Positions 48,193 through 57,933 of a stretch of 64,000 bases of DNA are shown in pieces. The position numbers were made by a program, and so were the translations under genes. The first letter of the stretch is position 1. Each line of letters starts with the position of its first letter. The stretch lies in the sequence record PV577658. The stretch is one strand, 5' to 3'. Source of the DNA: Escherichia phage vB_EcoS_MM-2. The notes under the pieces were generated by a model that saw only the letters and a program-made list of their open reading frames with translations, searched no databases and was not told the DNA's origin.

Positions 48193-48716
48193 TATAAGAA
48201 CCTTGCGAATCCTGATTTTGTTTCAGTCTTGACTTGTGTCTTTTCTTGAGGATTCTGTAATTTGTCTTTCTGCTTTTGAACCCACACTTTTTGCTTATTA
48301 GCAGAAAATAAAGGAGGTTCTTTTGTGTAAACCTTATGTAATAATTGGTGATGGTGTACACAAAGGGTAACAGTGTCTTCTACTAGCTCATGCCTATATC
48401 GATCATAGAATGCCGTCCTATTTGAAAGGACTATTTCTTCGTCAGTGAAATCCAATTGGAGTTCTTTAGCAAATTTTTTAACTAGTAGAGACACCGTATG
48501 GTAATGATGAAGCTCTAATTCTTCAGCACAACCGCAGATAGCACATTGAGAGTCTTTTTTATATTGACTTTTTATTCCGTCTCTCATAAGGGATATAGCA
48601 TCGCGTTTATATTTTATATTGCTTGCCATAGTGTTCTCCTCAACTGTATGAATATAGTATACATAATCGTATCGAATTTGTAAAGGGGATTTTAAAATGC
48701 AGGAATGGGATACCAA
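48192..48716 (-). CDS. HNH endonuclease (likely start at internal Met ~48629)
   Basis: CAICGC...HHYH...CVHHHQLLH zinc-binding HNH motif; inserted between terminase and portal genes. Confidence 0.65.
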   Translation of the reverse strand: MVSHSCILKSPLQIRYDYVYYIHTVEENTMASNIKYKRDAISLMRDGIKSQYKKDSQCAICGCAEELELHHYHTVSLLVKKFAKELQLDFTDEEIVLSNRTAFYDRYRHELVEDTVTLCVHHHQLLHKVYTKEPPLFSANKQKVWVQKQKDKLQNPQEKTQVKTETKSGFARFL

Positions 48717-48743
48717 CTGAGTAGTATCCCTTCCTATACTTAT

Positions 48744-50060
48744 TTATTTACCACGGGAAATAGAGTAAATTCCATAGCGCAGAGCATCACAGAGGTGAGA
48801 GTTAGCATCATGACGTGGTTTTTCACGTGATAATTTTTCTTCACCTTCTTGGAAATCCCACTTGTAATTCTGCAATGCGTGAATTAATGAGGAACATGAA
48901 GCATCCACAATAATCTTGCCTTGTTGGAATAGTGCTTGTAAACATGCTAATCCATCTAGGACAGATTTTTTAGCTGGAGCCGATGCAATTTCATGTTCAT
49001 AAGCTAAGTCCTGACGGAACTGAGCTGCGGCAGAGTCAACAAAAACACGATCAACTTTATAACGATCTATACAGTGCTGAATGTAAGCCGCATGCTGAGC
49101 TGTGGTTTTCTCCGCCTGCTGGTACTCTTCTAATACATAGTAGGTATCTGTATCATAGTGGTACTTAATAGTAAGAACTGCTGTAGGATCACGATAACCA
49201 ACGTCAATACCAAGCAACGTTTCGAATGCTTCATCATCTTTAAAGAAGTGACGCATACCTTTAAGGTCTTTAACATGGTCTATAGCATTAAAGGTATCAA
49301 AGATCTGACCTTCGAATACAGAGAAGTCAGCCTCATATTCCTGACGAAAGTAGTTTTTACTAACTGTACGACGTGCTTCTTCGATATCATTCAGATCAGC
49401 ACGTGGGTTATCACGATACGTACCATGAATAGATACCCAGTTAGGTAATGTATCATCAAATCCATAGGCATAAAACTCTTTAAACCAGTTACCACCACGA
49501 GGAGTAGAGATAAATAGAGCCTTAGAGTTTGGTTTATCTAGGGTAGGACGCAACTGAACTCTAAAGGCATCACCACCCACATCGGAAATTGCCGCCTCAT
49601 CAAAGATGATAAAGTCATATGAACGCCCAACTGCGGAGTCAGCCTGCGCCGCAGAAGCTAGTTTAAACAGAGAACCATTAGCTAACTCAATCTCTTTATC
49701 TTTAGCATTCTCACGTTCGGTTTGTAGGCCATATTTTTTAATAAGACCACGAATCTGAGACCATCCGATGTTGGCCAGTGAGTAGTTAGGAGCAACTACT
49801 AGCACCTTTACGTTAGGCTCCAGCAACTTTAGAAACCCAAGTGTGTATGCGATGAAGGATTTACCTACACGGCGTGATACACACGCCGTTACAAAACGAT
49901 GTCTAGGGTCTTCTAGCGCATTGATAATCGCTATTTGAGGACCATTAGGTGTAATACCCTCTTGAGCTAGTATTCCTGAAACAGGTAGACGAAAGAAACG
50001 TTTGTCTATTCCGAAATCAATAACATCAACTGTGTTAACGTAGGGTCTTGATACTTCCAT
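48744..50060 (-). CDS. terL: terminase large subunit
   Basis: Walker A-like VSRRVGKS, Walker B FIIFDEAA, C-terminal nuclease acidic residues. Confidence 0.8.
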   Translation of the reverse strand: MEVSRPYVNTVDVIDFGIDKRFFRLPVSGILAQEGITPNGPQIAIINALEDPRHRFVTACVSRRVGKSFIAYTLGFLKLLEPNVKVLVVAPNYSLANIGWSQIRGLIKKYGLQTERENAKDKEIELANGSLFKLASAAQADSAVGRSYDFIIFDEAAISDVGGDAFRVQLRPTLDKPNSKALFISTPRGGNWFKEFYAYGFDDTLPNWVSIHGTYRDNPRADLNDIEEARRTVSKNYFRQEYEADFSVFEGQIFDTFNAIDHVKDLKGMRHFFKDDEAFETLLGIDVGYRDPTAVLTIKYHYDTDTYYVLEEYQQAEKTTAQHAAYIQHCIDRYKVDRVFVDSAAAQFRQDLAYEHEIASAPAKKSVLDGLACLQALFQQGKIIVDASCSSLIHALQNYKWDFQEGEEKLSREKPRHDANSHLCDALRYGIYSISRGK

Positions 50061-50542
50061 TACTTCTTACCTCCAGTAGCTAGGGAAGTAATTAAGTCCA
50101 TGTAGTTTTGATCCCCAGCTCCAGCAATAATATTATTCTGGATATTGGTCTGATTAGCAGGAGCACGGACGGCAGCTTTAGCTTTTTCTAGCTCCACCAT
50201 CATTTTCATCTCTTCCATCTTCATTTTATGTGCCTTCCAGAGAATATCCATAATATCCTGGTCAGAACCCATGCCAGTTTCTTCCAGTTCCTCCAGCTTA
50301 CGTTTAATAACTTCATCTAGAACACCGAACAAACGATCTCTGTTACGGAATCCACTCTCCATAAAAATATCGTTCAAGTAATTCTTAACTTCACTACGAT
50401 TCATAATATCTCGGAAAGCAATTTCAGACATTCCAAGACTACGTGCGGCAGAAGGCACATCGCTACCGCACTGTAAATAAGCTTCAATCACATCCATCCC
50501 TTCAGGGGACATAAGATCTGGTACTAATATATCATTTGCCAT
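50060..50542 (-). CDS. putative terminase small subunit
   Basis: 160 aa immediately upstream of terL with overlapping stop/start; HTH-like N-terminus. Confidence 0.45.
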   Translation of the reverse strand: MANDILVPDLMSPEGMDVIEAYLQCGSDVPSAARSLGMSEIAFRDIMNRSEVKNYLNDIFMESGFRNRDRLFGVLDEVIKRKLEELEETGMGSDQDIMDILWKAHKMKMEEMKMMVELEKAKAAVRAPANQTNIQNNIIAGAGDQNYMDLITSLATGGKK

Positions 50543-50552
50543 ATTTCCTCCT

Positions 50553-52310
50553 TTAGGTAAGGCGTTGAACTGTTACTCTTAATCTAGGTAGAAAAACTGC
50601 ACTACCTAAACTTACGTGCATAACTACCCCTAACTCTACATTTCCATTCCCCAGATTTTTAGCAGTATATATAAAACTATTTCTACTTAGGGCATTGTTA
50701 GGTGTGTATCTAAAAGCAGATGTAGTATGAAAAGGTACTAAATACCCTACTGGTAATGTTAAAATCTGGTGGAATATCGCGTCACCATTACTATAACTAT
50801 ATGCTCTTCTTCCTTGCACCTGAAACACACCGTTATTCCATGTATTAGCAGGGACACCTGCACAGTTAAGATTACCTGATATAACTTCAGTGGTAAGAAT
50901 TACTGTAGCATTGCCACCCGGTATACCTAGCCCAATAGTTGATAAACCAACGTATCTATCTCCTGTTCCTGGGTAGCTGGGGGTAATATCATCTCCCATA
51001 TAAGAACTACCTACATTTCCACCAAAAAGTCGTAATGGAACTGCTGATGGTCCCCAAACAACCCCGTGTTCATTACCGATAGTATTATCATTAGAGTTTA
51101 CGTACCATTGCTTACCAGCTCCGAATTTGTAAATACTAATTTGAGACTTAGCCCCTCCATAGTCCACAGGAGACCATAAACTCCCGTTACTAGAACCTAC
51201 AAGTTCACACCTTGCGGTGGTATCCCCAAAGGCCCCAGTATATGCTGCATTATTTCCAATATATTCCATATCTGGTCTATAACCTAAGTTACCGAAAGCG
51301 TTCTGGTTAATAAACTTGTATCCAGTATTGGGAAGACTAACCCCTTTAATTATGAAATTAGAAGGAGATATAAGAATATCTGAACCAGTAAAAGGATTAC
51401 CAGAGATACTCATACCACCATTTGAGTATCTTAAATTCAAAACGTACCAAATAACTTTAGTAGGAGTTATGTTATACCAATCTTGTAGTATTGTAGAATC
51501 ACCAGATTGATTAGCTAAATTAGTTGTAGAACCCCTACAAACAAACCTATTACCCCCATCATGATACATAGTATTTACATTACCAGGAAGACCTTGTCTT
51601 ACCCCACCATACCCACGTATGTTAGAGTTACAAACATAGAACCAATCGTGCCCTCTGTGTGCTGATCCTAAAGGAGACATCCATCCTGGGTCCCAGTAAT
51701 TTTGGTTATTCCCATCTATAGGTACTGTACTACTATTAGTAGGGAATCCTAACTGTGCAAAAGCTTCTGCAACAGTAACCCCTACTGGAGCTCCTGCACC
51801 TGGCCTAACTATACCATGATACGTACTATGTAGGGTAGTTCCACCAGTACCATTCCTAGAAATAGATTCTTCATGCCCTATAGATGGATTATAGTTATAT
51901 GTACCAGATGCCAGGCTATTACCAAATGCAAATCCACTAGTCTGGGAAACACTAGCAAAAGATCTAAAAGGATCTGCTTGAGTGGCAACTATAGTTTGAC
52001 CCACCTTACTCTGAGTACCATTAAGAAAAGCTCTGTGAGTACCATTAATCTCAATAGCAGTTAATATAACTCTACCAGGATCGTTAGATTTAATATTTAT
52101 TATGTCAGAGGGCATCTGACATACAAAAAACCCATTTCCGGCATTTCCTAACCCAGCCTCATAAGTACCATCAACTAGGACAAATGGCATATCACTATGA
52201 AAAATACTATTGGCATTTGGACTATAGTGACGATTAATGTCACCACCAGATTCAGTATTTAAAGATAGTACGGTCTTACCATCGCTATATTTTCCAGCGA
52301 AAAAACCCAT
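50553..52310 (-). CDS. receptor-binding tail protein (T5 pb5-like)
   Basis: 585 aa, Gly/Asn/Ser-rich beta protein, transcribed divergently from the lipoprotein gene as oad/llp are in T5. Confidence 0.6.
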   Translation of the reverse strand: MGFFAGKYSDGKTVLSLNTESGGDINRHYSPNANSIFHSDMPFVLVDGTYEAGLGNAGNGFFVCQMPSDIINIKSNDPGRVILTAIEINGTHRAFLNGTQSKVGQTIVATQADPFRSFASVSQTSGFAFGNSLASGTYNYNPSIGHEESISRNGTGGTTLHSTYHGIVRPGAGAPVGVTVAEAFAQLGFPTNSSTVPIDGNNQNYWDPGWMSPLGSAHRGHDWFYVCNSNIRGYGGVRQGLPGNVNTMYHDGGNRFVCRGSTTNLANQSGDSTILQDWYNITPTKVIWYVLNLRYSNGGMSISGNPFTGSDILISPSNFIIKGVSLPNTGYKFINQNAFGNLGYRPDMEYIGNNAAYTGAFGDTTARCELVGSSNGSLWSPVDYGGAKSQISIYKFGAGKQWYVNSNDNTIGNEHGVVWGPSAVPLRLFGGNVGSSYMGDDITPSYPGTGDRYVGLSTIGLGIPGGNATVILTTEVISGNLNCAGVPANTWNNGVFQVQGRRAYSYSNGDAIFHQILTLPVGYLVPFHTTSAFRYTPNNALSRNSFIYTAKNLGNGNVELGVVMHVSLGSAVFLPRLRVTVQRLT

Positions 52311-52335
52311 ATAATCTCCTATTATAAAAATGTAT

Positions 52336-52364
52336 TTGCTTTCATCCCTCTATTTTGCTATAAT
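52336..52364 (+). promoter_or_regulatory. early promoter (TTGCTT-17-TGcTATAAT) for the lipoprotein gene
   Basis: ttgctttcatccctctattttgctataat then agattcataaatt box. Confidence 0.6.
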
Positions 52365-52395
52365 AGATTCATAAATTAGAAATGGAGAGATAAAT

Positions 52396-52662
52396 ATGAA
52401 AAAGTTTGTGATTGCACTAGTTGCCGCAGTTATGTTATCTGGTTGTGCACCTGCTCCCAAACCATTTTGTACTGGATTTGTAAAATCTTTTGGTGGTGCG
52501 GGAGAAGAACATTACGGCCTCAAGGTTCAAAAAGTTCGTATTAAGGGAGATCGCTTCCCAGTAGTACAGCTCCGTACTAAGTTTGGATGGTGGGATCTCA
52601 GTCAGTTTGACCTTAAATATGGTGATTGTAAATTTAAACTAGAGCAATCTAACTACATGTAA
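52396..52662 (+). CDS. llp: Llp-type outer-membrane lipoprotein (receptor-blocking superinfection exclusion)
   Basis: Signal peptide with lipobox (MKKFVIALVAAVMLSGC); 88 aa precursor; position next to the receptor-binding gene. Confidence 0.75.
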   Translation: MKKFVIALVAAVMLSGCAPAPKPFCTGFVKSFGGAGEEHYGLKVQKVRIKGDRFPVVQLRTKFGWWDLSQFDLKYGDCKFKLEQSNYM

Positions 52663-52839
52663 TTAGTATAAAGCAAAAAGACATCTAAGTAAACTAAATT
52701 TTTTATTTTTTGGATGGTATATTGGCAGAAACCACTATGTAAGAAAATGAGAAGTCCTTCTAGGAAGTCACAAGCATGGTTGGTTATATACAAATTATAA
52801 AATATTTTAAAATACCATACTCATAGGAGCAAGAAAGAT

Positions 52840-52967
52840 ATGTCAAATAAAAGAAAGAACAGACGCGGAGAAGTGTACGAAGCGTGGATTAATATTTACG
52901 GATTTGGTTTTGTATTATTCCTAATCTTCGTAGGTTTTTGGTTAGCAGCTATGGCGGGGTGGATTTA
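52840..52967 (+). CDS. small membrane peptide (~42 aa), first of a coupled array
   Basis: Hand-translated: MSNKRKNRRGEVYEAWINIYGFGFVLFLIFVGFWLAAMAGWI; AGGAG RBS; stop overlaps next start (TAATG). Confidence 0.4.
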
Positions 52968-53123
52968 ATGGAATGGGTAATTATTGGCATATTCGTCTTA
53001 TTGATACTTCTCTTTGTAGGCTTACGTGTAATAGATACCTCTGTAACCCAAACAGAAATTAAATTAATGCAGTTGAGTAATAGATTATCTAGAATTGAAA
53101 CTTTATTAGAGGAGCGTAAATAA
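52938..53123 (+). CDS. small single-pass membrane protein (likely start at MEW, ~52968)
   Basis: MEWVIIGIFVLLILLFVGL hydrophobic helix then RIETLLEERK. Confidence 0.45.
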   Translation: MVSSYGGVDLMEWVIIGIFVLLILLFVGLRVIDTSVTQTEIKLMQLSNRLSRIETLLEERK

Positions 53124-53230
53124 TGGAATGGGTAATTATTGCACTACTGGGGATTGTGATTATTGGGCAATGTATTTTAGATAATTATTTAGCTAGAATT
53201 GAAACCTTACTATCGGAGAAACGTAAATGA
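53123..53230 (+). CDS. small single-pass membrane peptide (~35 aa), paralog of the previous gene
   Basis: Hand-translated: MEWVIIALLGIVIIGQCILDNYLARIETLLSEKRK. Confidence 0.4.
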   Translation: MEWVIIALLGIVIIGQCILDNYLARIETLLSEKRK

Positions 53231-53421
53231 TGGAAGTGGGAATTACACTAATAGTAATATTAGTCTGGGTAATCCTCATTGTCTCTCGTATAGTGTATCT
53301 CCGCCTAAAAACTCTAGAAGCTCAGGTGAAACAACAACAAGTTATTCTAGAAAAGTTAGTACTACTGCAACGTTGTGATAGCACCCGTATTCTGCAAATT
53401 GAGAGGGAATTAGATGTTTAG
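53227..53421 (+). CDS. small single-pass membrane protein
   Basis: MMEVGITLIVILVWVILIVSRIV hydrophobic helix then coiled-coil-like tail; ATGA overlap with upstream gene. Confidence 0.45.
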   Translation: MMEVGITLIVILVWVILIVSRIVYLRLKTLEAQVKQQQVILEKLVLLQRCDSTRILQIERELDV

Positions 53422-53659
53422 TATTGTAATTGCTTTTATTATCGGGATACTTGCGGGAGTTTTCGGGACAACTGCGGCAATCAACAAGCATCGTAAATAT
53501 ATTGCGGAAGTATCGCGGGAGATTGCGGAAAGGGAGCGGAAGTTTGACGAGAAACGTGCGGAGTTTGAGCGGGAGTGGTCGGACGGATCTCGGGCGTCGC
53601 GGAAGAGATTCCGTGAGTTCAGACCAGAACACAGGTTTGATGACCATTCTATGCGCTAA
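53414..53659 (+). CDS. small single-pass membrane protein with highly charged C-terminal tail
   Basis: MFSIVIAFIIGILAGVFGTTAA helix then Arg/Glu-rich tail. Confidence 0.45.
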   Translation: MFSIVIAFIIGILAGVFGTTAAINKHRKYIAEVSREIAERERKFDEKRAEFEREWSDGSRASRKRFREFRPEHRFDDHSMR

Positions 53660-53770
53660 TTTGACTTTTGCCAAATTTCATAAGATTACACATGGAGGTG
53701 TGTCCAGTGGGTCGGGGGAGAATACTTAGTCTGCTAACCGCCACCCCCCGTTACTATTATCATGGTAATT

Positions 53771-53807
53771 GTTTCACCCTGCAATTAAAATGGTTGCAGG
53801 GTGAAAC
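53771..53807. terminator. bidirectional terminator hairpin (perfect 14-bp stem)
   Basis: gtttcaccctgcaa-ttaaaatgg-ttgcagggtgaaac between the plus-strand peptide array and the minus-strand dmp-like gene. Confidence 0.7.
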
Positions 53808-53824
53808 AATTTCAACTTTAATTA

Positions 53825-54601
53825 TTACGCAACTTTTAATTTCTCGATATATTGTTGCGGGCTGCAACTATATTCTGCGCGTTCTTCCTCGGTCATACCT
53901 TCCCAACATAATTTCAAACGATCAGCTAGGAATTGATAATCATTATCATCATCGAGGGATTCATCAATAAAGGTTTCACCTATCAATGCCACGCCGATTG
54001 ATAGAATATCGTTAACGGCTTGCGCGTCCAGCGTTTTAAATCCGTATGATGCCGCCGCTGATAGTACACCCTTATGATCATCAATCATTGTAAAATCAGC
54101 GTTCGGATATAACTGTTTAAATAATTCAAAATAATAAGATTTATAAACTGCGTCTTTGCTGTGGTATATCTCGCTAACTTTATCAGCCTCAAAATATTTA
54201 TGCAGTGTATCGCGAGAAAACACGCGGATATTACTATCACCACGACCGCGCAAGCCTTGTTTGCGCAAATAATAATAGTCCGACTTGCTCATTAGTCGAG
54301 CGGTACAAATAATGTTTAAAGTATTTGCGTCATTCATGCACTGGCGCATATATGTAACAAGGGGCAATAAAGTATCTTGCATTATTAAATCATGTTTGCA
54401 GGCTTCATTTTTATACTTATTTAAATCTAAATTGCCCTCGCTATCAAAGCAAGGCGCTACACGATGGAAAGAATTAATGATAGTGCCGTCCAGATCCCAA
54501 ATCATGACGCGGGAAATATGCGGGAAATTACGGGTAATATTCATTTTAACTTGATTCATTTTGTTACGTTCTCCATTAAAGGGATTTAGTTTATCCAGCA
54601 T
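53825..54601 (-). CDS. dmp: HAD-family 5'-deoxyribonucleotidase-like protein (T5 dmp-like)
   Basis: HAD motif I MIWDLDGTI; first gene of a minus-strand operon with A1/A2-like genes; likely internal start giving ~244 aa. Confidence 0.55.
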   Translation of the reverse strand: MLDKLNPFNGERNKMNQVKMNITRNFPHISRVMIWDLDGTIINSFHRVAPCFDSEGNLDLNKYKNEACKHDLIMQDTLLPLVTYMRQCMNDANTLNIICTARLMSKSDYYYLRKQGLRGRGDSNIRVFSRDTLHKYFEADKVSEIYHSKDAVYKSYYFELFKQLYPNADFTMIDDHKGVLSAAASYGFKTLDAQAVNDILSIGVALIGETFIDESLDDDNDYQFLADRLKLCWEGMTEEERAEYSCSPQQYIEKLKVA

Positions 54602-54639
54602 TACCCGCTATTTATAAGCGGGTAATAATAAATCAACTA

Positions 54640-55032
54640 TTAAAGACCATAAGCCAACGCATCAGCGATAAAACTAACATCCTCACCGGATACGCTAGAA
54701 CGAATCCCCGCGCAGGTGTATACCTTTGCGCTCGCTAGCTGATCATCAAGGCAAGCGGGGCAAGGCGCGACAACTGCAAAGGCTAGACCAGATTTTACCG
54801 CGTCAATAATGATTGTTTCTTGTTTCATCGTGTCAACATAAACGCCTTTTGCTTTAATATGGCTGGTTAGTTTGCCTTGCGTATAGGCAAAGGTAGTAAC
54901 CTGTAAAGCGTCATTGAAATCTAATAATTCATCAATAACGTGCCCCGCCTCGACGTGGTAACGTTCACCATTAGAATAAACCAGAACAATGGAAGACTGA
55001 GCGCGATCGAATGGAATATTTTGCTTTTTCAT
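54640..55032 (-). CDS. small Cys/His-containing protein, possibly deaminase-like zinc-binding
   Basis: HVEAGH ... PCPAC motifs, but spacing (~70 aa) is longer than in canonical cytidine deaminases. Confidence 0.3.
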   Translation of the reverse strand: MKKQNIPFDRAQSSIVLVYSNGERYHVEAGHVIDELLDFNDALQVTTFAYTQGKLTSHIKAKGVYVDTMKQETIIIDAVKSGLAFAVVAPCPACLDDQLASAKVYTCAGIRSSVSGEDVSFIADALAYGL

Positions 55033-55071
55033 ACTTATAAAACTCCAATTAGTTTAATATAGGGATTTAAT

Positions 55072-55362
55072 TTATTTGATAATAATCTGCATCTGGTACG
55101 GCGTTAATTCACCGTTTACGGGTAAATTATTATCGCTTAGCCACTCATAAAAAGCGCCATCATCATCAAAAGGAACAACATCATTATCACGATAATCGAT
55201 GGAAATAATGCCATCCGTATTAGTTTTGGCGGCTAGGATAGGCCCAAAGCTGTAAACTTTATCGGATTCCATTTCATCCGGTGAGATGAATGCTTTTTCG
55301 TCCAATGTTTTGGGTAATGTAACTTTCATTTTTTGACTCCTGTAATAGCGGCTATATTTCAA
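55072..55362 (-). CDS. hypothetical pre-early protein (likely start at Met ~55329)
   Basis: Track ORF with conserved upstream translation-initiation region. Confidence 0.4.
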   Translation of the reverse strand: MKYSRYYRSQKMKVTLPKTLDEKAFISPDEMESDKVYSFGPILAAKTNTDGIISIDYRDNDVVPFDDDGAFYEWLSDNNLPVNGELTPYQMQIIIK

Positions 55363-55382
55363 GCCGCTAGGGGATAATTTAA

Positions 55383-57047
55383 TTACGCGAAAAATTTACC
55401 GTTTTTAAAGTCAATCAAAGTGCGCTGACCGTTTGCATAGGTAATTAAATGCGTTTGCGTCCAGCTTGACGCGCCAACGTTGTAACCCATATCCAGACTA
55501 CCAGCTACGCCAGCGGTATAAACGCCACCGTAAATGCTAGCGGTATGGGTGTGTCCCGTGTTTAGCTTGCCCAATTTCTTAAACTGTTTAGGATTGCCAC
55601 GACTGCCGTTAATGCCGTTGTGACCGTGTACGCCGCACTCAATGCCTGCAATCTTGAAAGATTGATCAGTGGTTAGGAAAATGGCGTTAAACTCACAACC
55701 TGCAACCTTGCGCAGCGCATAATCTAGCACGTTAAAAGTATCATCATGATCACTGATCGCCGCGTAAATTGCAGCATTCAGGCGGTGATATAGTTCGGCG
55801 TTGGCTGGATCGTCTTTGATGTTAGCATTACGATCATCTAACCAGCGGGATAGCGCCAAATCGTGATTAGATTCAACAATGATTGTTTGAGAGAAATCAC
55901 GTTCCATTGATTCCAGCACGCGCCCCGTATCGATAAGATCATCCAGAACTTTATCACGTCCAGCGGCATACTGTTTTGCTAGGAATACACCGGATGCACG
56001 GTTATGATGATTGCGCGATGTAAAATCATGCACGTCATGGATAAACTGATATTTTGGTTTAAGAATATCAAGCAAGCTATTTTCGCCAGCCCATGACGCA
56101 ACGGCACAATCATCATCTAATTTTTCCGCATGAATATCGCCATACTGCAAGCCTAAAACATGCCCCGATGTTTCATAGCATCCGGCAGGAGTAGCGCAAA
56201 CATTCAGATCATAAAACACCCCGCTTTCGTCCATTGTTTCAAGCTGGCGAACAAAAAATTCCCCGTCCTCGTCGAACTCAACAATCAGCGCGCCGAAGTT
56301 ATGCAGAGCTTCCGCTTTTTGTCCTGCTTTCTGCTGAATATAGTTTTTAAGCGTTGCCGTTCCGGTTGAATACATACGGCGCACTACTTCACCTTTTAAA
56401 GCTGGCACGCTTTCAGCGGTGATTTTAGCGTGACCAATTGCCAGCCCCTCAATATTGAGCGCCGTTGCAGTTTCTGCAAATCCTGAAAGCGGGTAATCTG
56501 CGGTTGGCAAAACATTAATTTCAGCCATGAAAGCAAAACGGCGGTTATTTAAAAACACGTTTTTGCTGCAAATATATTTATCAAATGCGGGATCGTATTT
56601 GATACCGTCTGCACCTTCTTCATTCTGGAAGCCATTTTTATTATAAATATACTTAGAAACAAGCAAATCAGCACCGATATATTCAGCGAATTTTTCCAGA
56701 CTTGCTAAAAAGTTTTTATGCGGGAAAGTATTATTTTGAATCGACGTAATAATAAAGCGTTTACCCTGTTTTACTTCCCATTGCTCAACCGTACTAGAAA
56801 CAATTCCCGCCGCTTCTGGGCGCTCATCGTTTTTAATGGCTTTTGCTACTTTTGCCGCTTTCGGTTTAGCTGGTTTATTTGCTTCCAGCCAGTCGCAGAT
56901 AGCGGTTGAATGCTTCGTTGTATCGTAGACCGCTTTTGATATATCGTCGCAGACTTCCAGTTTAGTAGCGCGCAGACGTTTACCATAGAAATTAAAGTCA
57001 GCGGCCATTTTCAGGATAACGGTTTGTTTTTCTGCGGAAATAATCAT
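55383..57047 (-). CDS. A1: A1-like pre-early protein with calcineurin-like metallophosphoesterase motifs
   Basis: 554 aa; GDIHAE and GHTHTAS metallophosphatase-type motifs; size and context match T5 A1 as I recall it. Confidence 0.6.
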   Translation of the reverse strand: MIISAEKQTVILKMAADFNFYGKRLRATKLEVCDDISKAVYDTTKHSTAICDWLEANKPAKPKAAKVAKAIKNDERPEAAGIVSSTVEQWEVKQGKRFIITSIQNNTFPHKNFLASLEKFAEYIGADLLVSKYIYNKNGFQNEEGADGIKYDPAFDKYICSKNVFLNNRRFAFMAEINVLPTADYPLSGFAETATALNIEGLAIGHAKITAESVPALKGEVVRRMYSTGTATLKNYIQQKAGQKAEALHNFGALIVEFDEDGEFFVRQLETMDESGVFYDLNVCATPAGCYETSGHVLGLQYGDIHAEKLDDDCAVASWAGENSLLDILKPKYQFIHDVHDFTSRNHHNRASGVFLAKQYAAGRDKVLDDLIDTGRVLESMERDFSQTIIVESNHDLALSRWLDDRNANIKDDPANAELYHRLNAAIYAAISDHDDTFNVLDYALRKVAGCEFNAIFLTTDQSFKIAGIECGVHGHNGINGSRGNPKQFKKLGKLNTGHTHTASIYGGVYTAGVAGSLDMGYNVGASSWTQTHLITYANGQRTLIDFKNGKFFA

Positions 57048-57137
57048 AGTAATAAAACTCCATTAAAGGGATTAGATTAATAACGGCAATATTGCCAAAT
57101 ATAACGCCTCAAATAATAGGCGTTATAATTTGCAACA

Positions 57138-57335
57138 TTAATTTAAAGGCACTAGGCTAGAACTAACACCACAAGCAACGGCAGCGATAAAACAAAGCAA
57201 GCCCAAACGTTTTGCTAATTTAGATTTACGTTTAAAATAATATGAATCTAAATCATTTTGAAAATAAGCGAACAATAACGAGGGCGCCATAATAAACAAG
57301 CCTAGAATTAATGATTCAGTAGGATAAAAGATCAT
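57138..57335 (-). CDS. small membrane protein (two predicted TM helices)
   Basis: MIFYPTESLILGLFIMAPSLLFAYF ... LGLLCFIAAVACGVSS; AGGAG RBS. Confidence 0.4.
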   Translation of the reverse strand: MIFYPTESLILGLFIMAPSLLFAYFQNDLDSYYFKRKSKLAKRLGLLCFIAAVACGVSSSLVPLN

Positions 57336-57429
57336 TTTAAAAACTCCTGATTTAAGGGAAGAAAATAACTATCGCTAAACAGTTATATTATTGCCCCCTC
57401 ACTAAAAAAAGGGGGGCAAGGTATAACTA

Positions 57430-57837
57430 TTATTCGCCTGCGGCTTGTTTTACTTCCTCGGCAACGCCTAACAATTGCGCTACTGCGTCCAGCGTTTCAA
57501 GTTTTGCACTTTCAAGGCTTGCCAGATCATCGGCATCTTTGATAATGCCGGAATCGATAGCGTGTTTTGCAATAACGCGTACATAATGAGCTTTGCGGAT
57601 TGAACTACCGCCGCCAACTTTGCGGGGCTTACCGCTTTTTTGATATGCTTTTGCGCTGGTCAATTTTGACCGAACGGATACGGGAGAAGCCGCGCCTACT
57701 GCTTTTGCAATCTCTTTCAGGCCGTCGCTATTTGCGAAATCTAAACCGTTTTCATTAATTAACTGTTGATACATGGAAACAGCTTTCTGAGTGTTTTCTT
57801 CATTCCATGCGAATTTTGCGGTTTTAGCGTTAGTCAT
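57430..57837 (-). CDS. A2: A2-like pre-early DNA-binding protein
   Basis: 135 aa (~15 kDa), basic central region; position upstream of the A1-like gene. Confidence 0.5.
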   Translation of the reverse strand: MTNAKTAKFAWNEENTQKAVSMYQQLINENGLDFANSDGLKEIAKAVGAASPVSVRSKLTSAKAYQKSGKPRKVGGGSSIRKAHYVRVIAKHAIDSGIIKDADDLASLESAKLETLDAVAQLLGVAEEVKQAAGE

Positions 57838-57933
57838 GATGTAACTCCTATTAGTTTAATTTAAGGGATTAGATTAACTTAATGTTAATCGTTATATCCC
57901 CCTGAAATAAGGGGATATAAAGTTAACACTAAT

